A DNA stretch of 64,000 nt. Source: a virus (lineage: Duplodnaviria > Caudoviricetes). The stretch is taken from the IMG/VR virus record IMGVR_UViG_3300033073_001881, positions 1 through 64,000 of that record, one strand, 5' to 3'. Position numbers and translations under genes: made by a program. Positions 55,103 to 64,000 of this stretch are shown here, piece by piece. The stretch's first letter is position 1; every line of letters begins with the position of its first letter. Under the pieces are notes generated by a model, which made no database searches, had not been told where the DNA came from, and was given only the letters and a program-made list of their open reading frames with translations.

Positions 55103-57326
55103 ATTTTGTCCTGATGATAAATTTGTCTGATGTTCTTTTTGGAATTGATTGTGCAAGGTCTGCTCGTCCGACGATGTTAAAGTTTTCATCATGTAAATTT
55201 ACCCGATTGATGTAAACGAAATTTTCTTTACTCTCATTAGCATAATCAGATGCAGTAAGAGGTAAATAGTTTGGCATCGAACTTGAATTAATTTTATAAG
55301 CAGGAACTGAAATATTCGCAGTAAGAGTATGAACAGGTTTTTCACCTTGAAAATTCATACTAAACGAATCTTTTCCAAATAGATCTCCAAAATAAGGCGC
55401 CGTTATAACCGCTAAACCTTCTTCATAAATGAGAGATCCAACCGCGTTCCATTTCGCATGTGTGGTGGTTGCGTCTGCTCTATAAAGCCCGCCCATTCCG
55501 TTATCTTTTAATGTGAAAGACAAAAGACCATTAGAACCGGTAAAATTCGAATCCGTGATAGAAAATGTTTCAGGATGAATTTTGCTTCCATAATACAGAT
55601 TTGAAATGTCAAAAATCGAAACAAGGTTTGAAGAAGGATCTCTTGTTCCACTTTGAATATACGAAAAACCATGAGCAGGAAAATCACCGTCTAAATTATC
55701 TGGAGACAAATAGGCAGATGACCAGTCTGGAGAATCGCTACTTGTTATTTTAGTCACAATATTCGATAAATCAACTCTGCTATTCGTAAAAATAAAATAT
55801 GGAGTTTCGGATGATGTTGAAAGCAAAGTAAAATCTGGAGTAAATTTTCCATTGTCGCAAGGCAGAATTAGTAAATTCTTTTTAATCGATTTTGTATCAT
55901 TAAAAAGATAATCATTTGCAGTCATTCCTGAAGTAGGGGTTCCTGATTGCAAAGACGATGTCATGTTTATTAGTCTTGGAAAATACCCGGTAATATGATC
56001 TCTTAAATGATTTTCAGCATTTATTAAATGTCCGTTTGAATTAAACGCCATTTGTGTGTTTACAGGAGTGTCTATCATAATTGCGCTAAATGACAAAAAT
56101 GGAGAATATAAAATATTTCTATCTACTGATTCGTGAGTGAAATGAGGTCCTAAATAGAATTTAAGATTTTCATCCTTGCCAGGAGATTGTGAGGCTCCTG
56201 ATCTAATTAGAGAAATATCTCTAAATTCATTCCATATACGAATTTCATGAAGCTCGGCTCCTAACTGATCCTTCATAACAAACGAAGGATAATTTTCTAT
56301 TGAAGAAAAAACATCAGAAAATCCTTCATTTAAAACGTCTACGCTTTTAAATAGTCCTTCTATTTTATTCGAACCCGCATTTTCTCCATCATAAAAATTT
56401 CCGATAAAAAGAGCATTGGAATCGTCGCTATAATTCAATGAACTTGAAGGAATAGAAAAATCACCTGAAGCTATTCCATCAATAAAGAAAGATCCACTTC
56501 CAAAATTAGATGCTGTTCCTCCCCATCTAATAGCGACATGATGCCACCCATTAAAAGTGATGTCATCACTACTTGTGAATATTAGATCATTTGGATATGA
56601 AAGATTACTAAAATCAACGCTAGATGGTGAAGTTTCGCTACTATGACTTAATTGCAACTGAATTTTAAATGAGTCAGGTTTACCTTCAGGATTTAACTGG
56701 CTTCCGCTAATAATAGAAATAGCGAACGATGATGACATGTGCAAAATTGTGCCAGCATTATACGAACCCGCAGTTCGCATTGTTGGCTTAATGTAAAATT
56801 CAAATGTAAAAGCGTCGTTAGGGGCAAGCTTCAAATTTGGACTTGGATAGGCAAGCGCGGCATCACTTGAAAAACCAGATCCACTAACGAAGTTTAATGA
56901 AAGATAGTTAAAGTTACCCCAGAATGCACACGAGGGATACGCAGAAGCGTAGAAGGGGTATAAAATGGATTTTATTACGCCTTTTCTCCTGGTGTCTTTA
57001 TTTAACTCTGGCGATGGTACAAAGCGTACTACCTTGACTTCTTTTGATGAACGAGGAGATGATGATAAAGAATTCACACTATCGATATAATTCAAAACCC
57101 CAACCGAAATATCAGTTGCAGTCGAGTTTATTTCATCATAAAGTGATCCACTAGAGTCGGAAAAAATGTAATTATCTTTTGATGAATTTTTTTCGACTAC
57201 GCTGGCCTGAGGATACACTTTTATGGTACCTGTCAAGCCAGAAGATGATGATGAAAATTCTCTATGAGGTCTTGCAATGAATGTATAATTCTCAAAAAGT
57301 CCTGGTCCTACTTTAACAAGGGACAT
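55092..57326 (-). CDS. Baseplate/tail protein with LamG-like domain
   Basis: FTFEFYIKP...WHHVAIRW...FFIDG...ELHEIRIWN (LamG/ConA-like); C-terminal VNLHDENFNIVGRADLAQSIPK...RTKFDF. Confidence 0.65.
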   Translation of the reverse strand: MSLVKVGPGLFENYTFIARPHREFSSSSSGLTGTIKVYPQASVVEKNSSKDNYIFSDSSGSLYDEINSTATDISVGVLNYIDSVNSLSSSPRSSKEVKVVRFVPSPELNKDTRRKGVIKSILYPFYASAYPSCAFWGNFNYLSLNFVSGSGFSSDAALAYPSPNLKLAPNDAFTFEFYIKPTMRTAGSYNAGTILHMSSSFAISIISGSQLNPEGKPDSFKIQLQLSHSSETSPSSVDFSNLSYPNDLIFTSSDDITFNGWHHVAIRWGGTASNFGSGSFFIDGIASGDFSIPSSSLNYSDDSNALFIGNFYDGENAGSNKIEGLFKSVDVLNEGFSDVFSSIENYPSFVMKDQLGAELHEIRIWNEFRDISLIRSGASQSPGKDENLKFYLGPHFTHESVDRNILYSPFLSFSAIMIDTPVNTQMAFNSNGHLINAENHLRDHITGYFPRLINMTSSLQSGTPTSGMTANDYLFNDTKSIKKNLLILPCDNGKFTPDFTLLSTSSETPYFIFTNSRVDLSNIVTKITSSDSPDWSSAYLSPDNLDGDFPAHGFSYIQSGTRDPSSNLVSIFDISNLYYGSKIHPETFSITDSNFTGSNGLLSFTLKDNGMGGLYRADATTTHAKWNAVGSLIYEEGLAVITAPYFGDLFGKDSFSMNFQGEKPVHTLTANISVPAYKINSSSMPNYLPLTASDYANESKENFVYINRVNLHDENFNIVGRADLAQSIPKRTSDKFIIRTKFDF

Positions 57327-57336
57327 AAAAACCCCC

Positions 57337-58602
57337 TTAGAAGTCCAATCGGACTCTTATTGTTAAATCCTGAGTTTCATCTTTAAGAATTGGTCTTGAA
57401 AATTTTGCAACAGCGAGCAATCTGTTTTGATTGTCATATAGTCCAATTCCAGTTGGGCAGGTAAAAGGTCTTGCCGAATCACCTGTCTGATTTTCCATTA
57501 CAACAAGATTGTTTGTTTCATCAAAGTATGTTGGATTATTTGAATAATTGAACTCGTCAGAGGTGGCTCTACAAAATAGAAGCATTGAATTTACATTTGT
57601 TTGATTCTGAAATGTAATGCCTGTTAAAGATCCTGACTGAATTCTTGTTGACGCAAAGTAATTCACAAGATCATCCATAGACGCTGACACCATAAGATCG
57701 GGAATCAATACTGCGTTAGGATTACAACCATCAAGAGACGATCCAATAACAGTCTGATTTGTTAAGGCGGGTGATGTTGATCCTGTCACAGCTGAAATCG
57801 TTCCAGACATATGCTGACTTGCAAAGCAGATTTTCTTTAAATCAAGAACCGCAATACCTGCATCGTACCAAATAAGGCCAACTGAATTATCTGTATTTGC
57901 TGAATCTACAAGTGTGCCTACTGTTCCACCTGGTCGGGTAGCAAGGTTGGAAGACAATGTTGAGTCTGTAAAAACTGCGCTACCTGAAGGTGAAGTGATG
58001 TCTAGATTACTGCCTGTATAGCCATTGACTATGCTAGTGTGAAATCCGCTGGCTCCGTCAAATGCTCCGGTTGTATAAAATCTCATTGCGAAGCTATTTC
58101 TACGAATTCCGTCTCTAACAAAAAGTCTCTTAAATGAAAGGAATAGCGCGTCGTCTATTCTTGCAGTTTCGGTATTTTCATTAATTGGAGAAAAGAATGA
58201 TGATTCAGTATCACCAAGAAGTTTGCCTGCAAACATTCTATACATATCTACCTTCTCTCTCATCATCATTGAAGATGATGAATAGAGATACTTTCCTCCG
58301 TCCGTAATACCGGTTGAAGCGCTGAGGTTTGTAGAACCGCTCCAATATAATCCAACTGTCATATCAAACATTGGATTTGCTACCTGCAAACTATAATCTT
58401 GATCATATACAGTTTGAAATAAGGACGATGTTACCGCGTATGTTTGATTAGAATCAGATGATGCAGTGACAAAAATAGAGTACTGTTTTCTTGTAGATGA
58501 GCCAGAAATATCCTGTTGCACTATATCTACAAGTTGCGAAAGACTGGTTGTGGTTGTCTTAACATCACTTGCGACATCAAGATCTTTGAAAGAAGTTGCC
58601 AT
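57337..58602 (-). CDS. Baseplate/tail-collar-like structural protein
   Basis: C-terminal TGIGLYDNQNRLLAVAKFSRPILK...IRVRLDF, paralogous to the C-terminus of 55092-57326. Confidence 0.6.
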   Translation of the reverse strand: MATSFKDLDVASDVKTTTTSLSQLVDIVQQDISGSSTRKQYSIFVTASSDSNQTYAVTSSLFQTVYDQDYSLQVANPMFDMTVGLYWSGSTNLSASTGITDGGKYLYSSSSMMMREKVDMYRMFAGKLLGDTESSFFSPINENTETARIDDALFLSFKRLFVRDGIRRNSFAMRFYTTGAFDGASGFHTSIVNGYTGSNLDITSPSGSAVFTDSTLSSNLATRPGGTVGTLVDSANTDNSVGLIWYDAGIAVLDLKKICFASQHMSGTISAVTGSTSPALTNQTVIGSSLDGCNPNAVLIPDLMVSASMDDLVNYFASTRIQSGSLTGITFQNQTNVNSMLLFCRATSDEFNYSNNPTYFDETNNLVVMENQTGDSARPFTCPTGIGLYDNQNRLLAVAKFSRPILKDETQDLTIRVRLDF

Positions 58603-58611
58603 AAATTATTC

Positions 58612-59295
58612 CTATTTTGTAATGCTTACGAATAGATCGGTTGTAATACCAGTTGTTTCACCAACTATTTTTACAGGAGTTACAATTGTTGTTCCATCAC
58701 CGTAAGTAGTAAAATCTGTACTCGTACTTGAAATAACAGTTCTTAATGTGAAATCTCTGGTCACGGTTGTGCCATTTGTTGATGAAACAGTTGGGAGCAA
58801 ATACGCGCTAACATTATTTGGAAGTCTATGATCAGCATTGGCATCTGTTATTCTTAAAAATCTACTATTCAAATAGATGTAGAAGTATGTCTCAACAAGA
58901 TCGGCTGGAATAACTGAGCTATCCTGCATTCCTTGTGTAATCGTCACCTTAGATGTGGTAACATTGCTTACTGTAGATATTGATGTTGTTTGACCTGTGC
59001 TTAATGAAAGATAAGGATACATGGTCAATGCCTGTGCTGTTAAGCTCACACAGTTGTATTTGATAGCAATTCCACCCTGCGTTTGGGCTTCAAAAATAGG
59101 CGTGTTTTTTAGAATTTTTTCTTTTCCGACGGTAAGACCATATCGTGAAACCATTCCATAATCTACTTCATCATCGGTTAAAGCAAATTTACGAATAGAA
59201 AAACTTCCATTGTTTGCTGCCAATAACTGGCGACCGAGATCGGTTAAAACAGCATCTACGACTATGTTCGAAGATGAATTATCAAGAAAGCCCAT
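58612..59295 (-). CDS. Baseplate/tail-collar-like structural protein
   Basis: MGFLDNSS...DAVLTDLGRQLLA...IRKFALTDDEVDY; AAAGGAG RBS. Confidence 0.6.
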   Translation of the reverse strand: MGFLDNSSSNIVVDAVLTDLGRQLLAANNGSFSIRKFALTDDEVDYGMVSRYGLTVGKEKILKNTPIFEAQTQGGIAIKYNCVSLTAQALTMYPYLSLSTGQTTSISTVSNVTTSKVTITQGMQDSSVIPADLVETYFYIYLNSRFLRITDANADHRLPNNVSAYLLPTVSSTNGTTVTRDFTLRTVISSTSTDFTTYGDGTTIVTPVKIVGETTGITTDLFVSITK

Positions 59296-59326
59296 ATTAC
59301 TCCTTTAGTCTTAATACAAATTAGAC

Positions 59327-60961
59327 TTATTCTGATGATCGTAAATCAATTATTGAAATTGGGATGGAAATTTGTTCCGCTCTAGTTGTATCTATGATGC
59401 TCATATAGTAAGTTGCATTCTTTTTAAGAAATTCTAAATCACTTCCATCAGAATTTGTAACTTTCAAATATTCAGGATCGAATGTTATTGAAATTTTCTT
59501 AATTCCACTTCTTGTTACCGAGTCCAAAGTAAGCGTGCCAGGTAAATCGACATAAATATTCGGATAAGGACGAGGTGCTCCAGAATCGCTAATACACTTA
59601 ACTGACAAAGCGTTTATCTGCTTATTAAAAGTTACTTGATGTTGGGCAGAATAATTTGAAACAAATCCATGCGCGTCTACCGATGCAACAGCGTAGATAA
59701 AATCAGATGACTTTCTAAAATCATAATCTATATGCCTTCTAACAACAGTTGTTGACTTTGAAATATTAACAGGCAAAGGCTCTTCATTTCTTTCAATTTT
59801 TATTTCACTTTGATCAAAATCATATTCTTTTAATAGCATGAATGGTTCAAGAAGAGAACTTCTTCTAAAAACCTGAATTCTTGTAATATCTTCCTGTCTA
59901 TTAAATGGCATACTCCAGCTTATAGATAATTCATTTTTTGAATGATCATACCTAAATCTTAGGTCCTCTGGTGGAGGTGGTGGAGTCTTTTCTTCTACTG
60001 TTATAGAGACCATGTTTGAAGGTGAAGAAGAAATTAGAACTTGACCTGCTACATAATCGTATCTATCATATAGCATCATTGGAACTTCACTGACATAAAC
60101 TGCACGAACTGAGTAGGAATATCTTTTTCCGTAAGTCACAGTTTCGTCTTTGTAAGTAAAATTCCCAGGCTCTAAAATAACAAGCGGAGAAATTAATTCT
60201 CTTTCGCCATTTGATTTTTCCTCTATTCTATCGATGATATAACATACAAGCTTTTTAAAAGATGGATCAAATTCTCTTTCTTCAAATGTAACGGGTTTTG
60301 CGATGGGAGTAAATTCTTCGCTTTTAATATTGGGAGAAATTCTTTTTGCTTCATTTTGTCTTTCTTCAAGAGAATTCGCGACTAACCCGTGTGAAACCAT
60401 TATTCTAGAGGATGAAATTTCCGAAGAATGAAAAAGATCAGAAACTATCTTGTCATTAACTATAGAATTGATAGGAAATCCTGTTACAGATTTAAACTTT
60501 TCTATTTCTAAATTACCTGTTGTGTTAAAAAAATTAAATCCAACCAAATTACTATTTACCGATAAAGCCTGTAATGCATTTGCGTCGATAGAATCACTTA
60601 GCTGTTTTGATAATTTCTCTGCTTTATCAGTTGCGTTTCCTGTTATTTTTCTAATTCTGCAAGATCTGTTTATTGAATCAAAGATTCTTGCCAACATGCC
60701 TGTATCTTGAGAAGAAATGAATGTATTTGAAGATTGAGAAAAATCTTCAGATCCATGAAATAGATTTGAAAAATCCTTGAAAGTCGAATCAGTGCTACCT
60801 GAATAAGCATGTTTGAATTCTAATTCAACTATGCAAGAACTGGAAGGGTTTGAAACTTCCCCTTTTTCATATTTGAAGTATCTAAATTTCGCTACAAGAT
60901 TAGAAGGAGACAAATACGAAGTATGTGATATTACATTGCTAAAATTCGAATTTTTATTCAT
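59327..60961 (-). CDS. Structural protein with fibronectin type III-like domains
   Basis: YKDETVTYGKRYSYSVRAV, PPPPEDL...LSISWSMP, YAVASVDAHGFVSNYS. Confidence 0.55.
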   Translation of the reverse strand: MNKNSNFSNVISHTSYLSPSNLVAKFRYFKYEKGEVSNPSSSCIVELEFKHAYSGSTDSTFKDFSNLFHGSEDFSQSSNTFISSQDTGMLARIFDSINRSCRIRKITGNATDKAEKLSKQLSDSIDANALQALSVNSNLVGFNFFNTTGNLEIEKFKSVTGFPINSIVNDKIVSDLFHSSEISSSRIMVSHGLVANSLEERQNEAKRISPNIKSEEFTPIAKPVTFEEREFDPSFKKLVCYIIDRIEEKSNGERELISPLVILEPGNFTYKDETVTYGKRYSYSVRAVYVSEVPMMLYDRYDYVAGQVLISSSPSNMVSITVEEKTPPPPPEDLRFRYDHSKNELSISWSMPFNRQEDITRIQVFRRSSLLEPFMLLKEYDFDQSEIKIERNEEPLPVNISKSTTVVRRHIDYDFRKSSDFIYAVASVDAHGFVSNYSAQHQVTFNKQINALSVKCISDSGAPRPYPNIYVDLPGTLTLDSVTRSGIKKISITFDPEYLKVTNSDGSDLEFLKKNATYYMSIIDTTRAEQISIPISIIDLRSSE

Positions 60962-63900
60962 TTCATTTCTACCTTAATTGAAAGCAAGGACGTGTCTAAA
61001 CCATTTAAATCTACAGGAATACAATAAATTTTTTCAAATATTCCTGGATTGATACTCTCTTTATACATCCATTCCGACGTAAAAATACCAGAAGATATGA
61101 ATTTTAATAAAAGCGAATAATCAGATGGCGTAATCAGGTTAGACGATTCTCCATCAAGTTTAGAAAATGGAACCGGTGAATATGTTCCATCACTATTTGC
61201 AGTTAAAAAATTGTTGGCAGTTAATCCTCTTCGCGGTATTATATCACCATCTAGTCCAGCAATTATAGTTAGCAAATCATTAGCTTTTTTGCTTGTTATC
61301 TTTGGTAGTCCTTGACCAATTAGATTAGACGTAAAATCAAAGCCACACAACGTTGTTATTGAATTTTTTATTATAGCATCTAACGTATGAGAATCAATAA
61401 TGTCGGAATATTCATCAATTTCATTTGTCGTGCTATTTGAATTTAAGTTATTTAATGCTATAAAGTTTAAACATTCTTCATAAGTGTTAACTATCCACTT
61501 TCCTGACTGTAAATCAAAACATGATATTTCTATAGAGTTGGATTTAGAAATGTCAGTTATTCCGCTATCAGGTATATCTGAAATTATTTTCACGCTTATT
61601 AATGGATGAAATCTACCCAACGATGAATTTAATTCAGTTAAATCTAAAGACTTAAAAGAATTTTCTATTAATCTTGCGTCTAAAACAAATTTTAGAATAT
61701 TTTTAGGTTCATCATTTTCATTTATAAACACGAAATTATTGTCGACAATAGAGGTCGATCTTCTACAACCGTCTGTAAATCCAGATGGTAGCCCAACTAT
61801 TATTAGACCATTTTTAGACAGATTTTTATAAAACCAGCGTGCAGCTGAAATATTGGTTTTGTTTAAAGAAATAGGCGACCAGATAGAAAAATTGTTATTA
61901 AACTTCGACCCTATGTTTGCTGAAATTTCCGGTGTTATATTCGAAAATATTTCTGGAATATAACCCAACTCATCAACTTTTGATTTTGTGGTTGTAATTG
62001 AATTTTTTAAATTTGCCAAACTTTGAAAAATTAAATCCATAGCTATTTTTAAAATAGAATAAGATGACCTTGCTTCTACATGAAATCCATAAGAAAATTT
62101 AATTGCTTCTGTTAACGTTCTTTTATTAAAATTCATGTATTCGAATGATGATAATTCTTTTAAATCTCTAACCGTTATACACTTTTTCAAAAATCTAAGA
62201 TGATTAAAGCTCTTATCATCAAAATCCAAATATCTAGTGGTAACAGACTCAGTCAAATTTCCATTTACAGCCTTGTCAAATATTTCTTGAAGCTGCTCTG
62301 CCGTATATTTCGTTTCGTCTATGCTATCAAGACTGACGTCTCTTTCATAATTACTTACTTTTATTGAGTAACCAATTTTAATTCTATCAAAAAAGAGCGC
62401 AAGGCATTCCACGATAGCATCATAAACAACCCTCTTATGCAATTTCTTGTTGCCAATAACGAACTCGTTGTTGACTATAACATCGTCTGCAGATTTACCT
62501 GACATTGTTTCAAAAATAGAAATTATGCTTTTATAGATAACATCGATCTCTGCTATAGCGGTCTTACCATACGTGGAATCTTTAAATTCTTTTAATCTAT
62601 TTACAAAATAGTTATCAGAAACTAATTGTTTTTCTCCAAAAAATGATTCAAAAATAACCTGAGGAACTGCTCGATTTAAAATCGAAGAATTTGAATCGCA
62701 ATAAGGTGTATTTTCATAATCTTCATAAAACAATTTGTCAAGTGTTTGACCTGTACCAGCACCTAAATCAAGAAGTCTCATAACTTTTTCTCCATAGTCA
62801 AGACCTTCTTGAGTAAAATTCATCTTCCTATTTTCGTTTTCATAAATAGCATTGTAATTTATTCCTGATTGTTCAAACGTTGCATTTTGTGAGACGTTTA
62901 CCCCACTTTTCACGGTGTATGTCTGTGAACCTGATATATCACTGGTTACTTCAGTTTTTGAATTAGAAACAGTTTCAAATTTTCCATCATCTGATTTTGA
63001 AAAATAGAAATCTTCATCCAAAATTGATGTTAAAATAATGCCTCTTAGAAAATCAGAAAATCCTGATACAGTTTTTTGATCACTGCTCTTTTTGTAAAGA
63101 GAAAAAAGAATTAAAATAGCGTCTATTATTTCATTTTTATTCAAATCTGGATTTAGATTCCCTGTCTCTGTAAATGATGTAGAAAATGAATCTATAATCG
63201 CTCTTAAAACTATAATAAGAATGTTAAAACTGGTGCAATTATTTGAATCTAATAAACCACTATTTTTTCTACTATTAATGTTTGAAAATATTTCATTTAG
63301 AGCAATTTCAAACTCGTCAATTTTTTTAGTGTCAAGAGCAGCAACAGCAGGATTGATTATTCCTGTTTTATGAGATTTGGTAATAATAGATGAGTTATCA
63401 ATAGAAGTTATGCCATTAGTCCCAATTAGATCTTGCGATTCAAAAATATTGCAATCATTATATTGTGTTTTTATCTTAGACGCATTAGAATCAATGAAAG
63501 TGTCGGTAAAAATCTTTGACAAGAATTGACATAAAATCGCTATTTGCATCTCTTCAGAAATAGCTTCATTATTTCTTATGTCTCTAAATGCACCTGCAAT
63601 TATTCCATTTTTTATTGCGTAATTTTCAAATTCTTTATAGTAAGTATTTTTTGAATTACGAAGAGCGTCCATTGCAGAGGTTGTAATGAATGTTGATGAT
63701 GCTTTCGATATAAAAAATGAATCGTCAAATGGCATTTCAAATAAGCTTTGAAACGTTTGATAAAAAGATTTAGATTTACTCTTTATTTGCAAAGAGTTTT
63801 CATATCTAACGAAGTCAAGATTTTTAGATAAATCTTCAGACGCAAAAGTAATATTTTGTATAGCTTCAATCAAATCTTTGCATTTTATTTCATCTAACGC

Positions 63901-63999
63901 AGCAAGTCCTTCTAAATTTGAAACCACACCTGACACCGTGGCGTCGTTTTTAATGTATGATTTAATAAAATCATAATCCTCGACCAACAATTTTTCTTC
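60958..63999 (-). CDS. Large hypothetical protein, 5'-partial (>1010 aa)
   Basis: Reading frame stays open upstream of TTG 63990 to the window end. Confidence 0.7.
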   Translation of the reverse strand, partial: EEKLLVEDYDFIKSYIKNDATVSGVVSNLEGLAALDEIKCKDLIEAIQNITFASEDLSKNLDFVRYENSLQIKSKSKSFYQTFQSLFEMPFDDSFFISKASSTFITTSAMDALRNSKNTYYKEFENYAIKNGIIAGAFRDIRNNEAISEEMQIAILCQFLSKIFTDTFIDSNASKIKTQYNDCNIFESQDLIGTNGITSIDNSSIITKSHKTGIINPAVAALDTKKIDEFEIALNEIFSNINSRKNSGLLDSNNCTSFNILIIVLRAIIDSFSTSFTETGNLNPDLNKNEIIDAILILFSLYKKSSDQKTVSGFSDFLRGIILTSILDEDFYFSKSDDGKFETVSNSKTEVTSDISGSQTYTVKSGVNVSQNATFEQSGINYNAIYENENRKMNFTQEGLDYGEKVMRLLDLGAGTGQTLDKLFYEDYENTPYCDSNSSILNRAVPQVIFESFFGEKQLVSDNYFVNRLKEFKDSTYGKTAIAEIDVIYKSIISIFETMSGKSADDVIVNNEFVIGNKKLHKRVVYDAIVECLALFFDRIKIGYSIKVSNYERDVSLDSIDETKYTAEQLQEIFDKAVNGNLTESVTTRYLDFDDKSFNHLRFLKKCITVRDLKELSSFEYMNFNKRTLTEAIKFSYGFHVEARSSYSILKIAMDLIFQSLANLKNSITTTKSKVDELGYIPEIFSNITPEISANIGSKFNNNFSIWSPISLNKTNISAARWFYKNLSKNGLIIVGLPSGFTDGCRRSTSIVDNNFVFINENDEPKNILKFVLDARLIENSFKSLDLTELNSSLGRFHPLISVKIISDIPDSGITDISKSNSIEISCFDLQSGKWIVNTYEECLNFIALNNLNSNSTTNEIDEYSDIIDSHTLDAIIKNSITTLCGFDFTSNLIGQGLPKITSKKANDLLTIIAGLDGDIIPRRGLTANNFLTANSDGTYSPVPFSKLDGESSNLITPSDYSLLLKFISSGIFTSEWMYKESINPGIFEKIYCIPVDLNGLDTSLLSIKVEMK

Positions 64000-64000
64000 T

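Noticed and set aside
55103-55192. N-terminal extension of the resolvase
   Set aside because: It overlaps the upstream structural gene; TTG 55102 with AGGA is the better start.
3482-60710. Plus-strand ORFs (e.g. 8207-8596, 12592-12924, 20260-20760, 32159-32602, 42069-42509)
   Set aside because: All lie antisense to well-supported minus-strand genes, and I saw no RBS or recognisable motifs for them.
1-64000. Alternative genetic code (stop recoding, seen in some large phages)
   Set aside because: Genes are full length in code 11; TAG (44433, 50232) and TGA (6481, 28820) end genes at sensible positions.
1-64000. tRNA, rRNA or tmRNA genes
   Set aside because: Intergenic gaps are short and no cloverleaf or T-loop consensus was seen; a tRNAscan-SE/Infernal run would be needed to exclude them fully.

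Overview
A 64-kb, AT-rich segment of a large T4-like (Tevenvirinae-style architecture, but highly divergent) myophage or jumbo phage. Every credible gene is on the minus strand and the genetic code is standard (code 11). In transcription order the window holds: baseplate/fibre genes; RuvC-like resolvase, primase and a fused Mre11-Rad50 (SbcD-SbcC); the head module (gp17 terminase, gp20 portal, gp21 protease, small head proteins, scaffold, gp23 capsid); neck genes (gp13/14/15-like); two tandem tail sheaths, tail tube, tail chaperone, tape measure and baseplate hub/LysM; a truncated PolA and a degenerate HD protein; SSB, RecA, 5'-3' exonuclease and DnaB-like helicase; class II RNR, ClpP, ThyX, an M15 endolysin and a MazG/dUTPase-like gene; and a large virion protein running off the window start that the ORF track missed. 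No tRNA, rRNA, CRISPR array, transposase, intron or intein was seen. Most notable signals: (1) a probable +1/-2 ribosomal frameshift at a U7 run in the tail chaperone; (2) a recurring ATA(C/A)TTA candidate late promoter; (3) hairpins that bury the Shine-Dalgarno site of the next gene and carry a promoter-like motif in or beside the loop; (4) a 375-aa mini-PolA with a late-promoter motif upstream, in a cassette with a probably catalytically dead HD protein; (5) a nested in-frame start in the scaffold gene and a shared N-terminal helix in small head-region proteins. All functional calls come from motif recognition by eye, not database searches.
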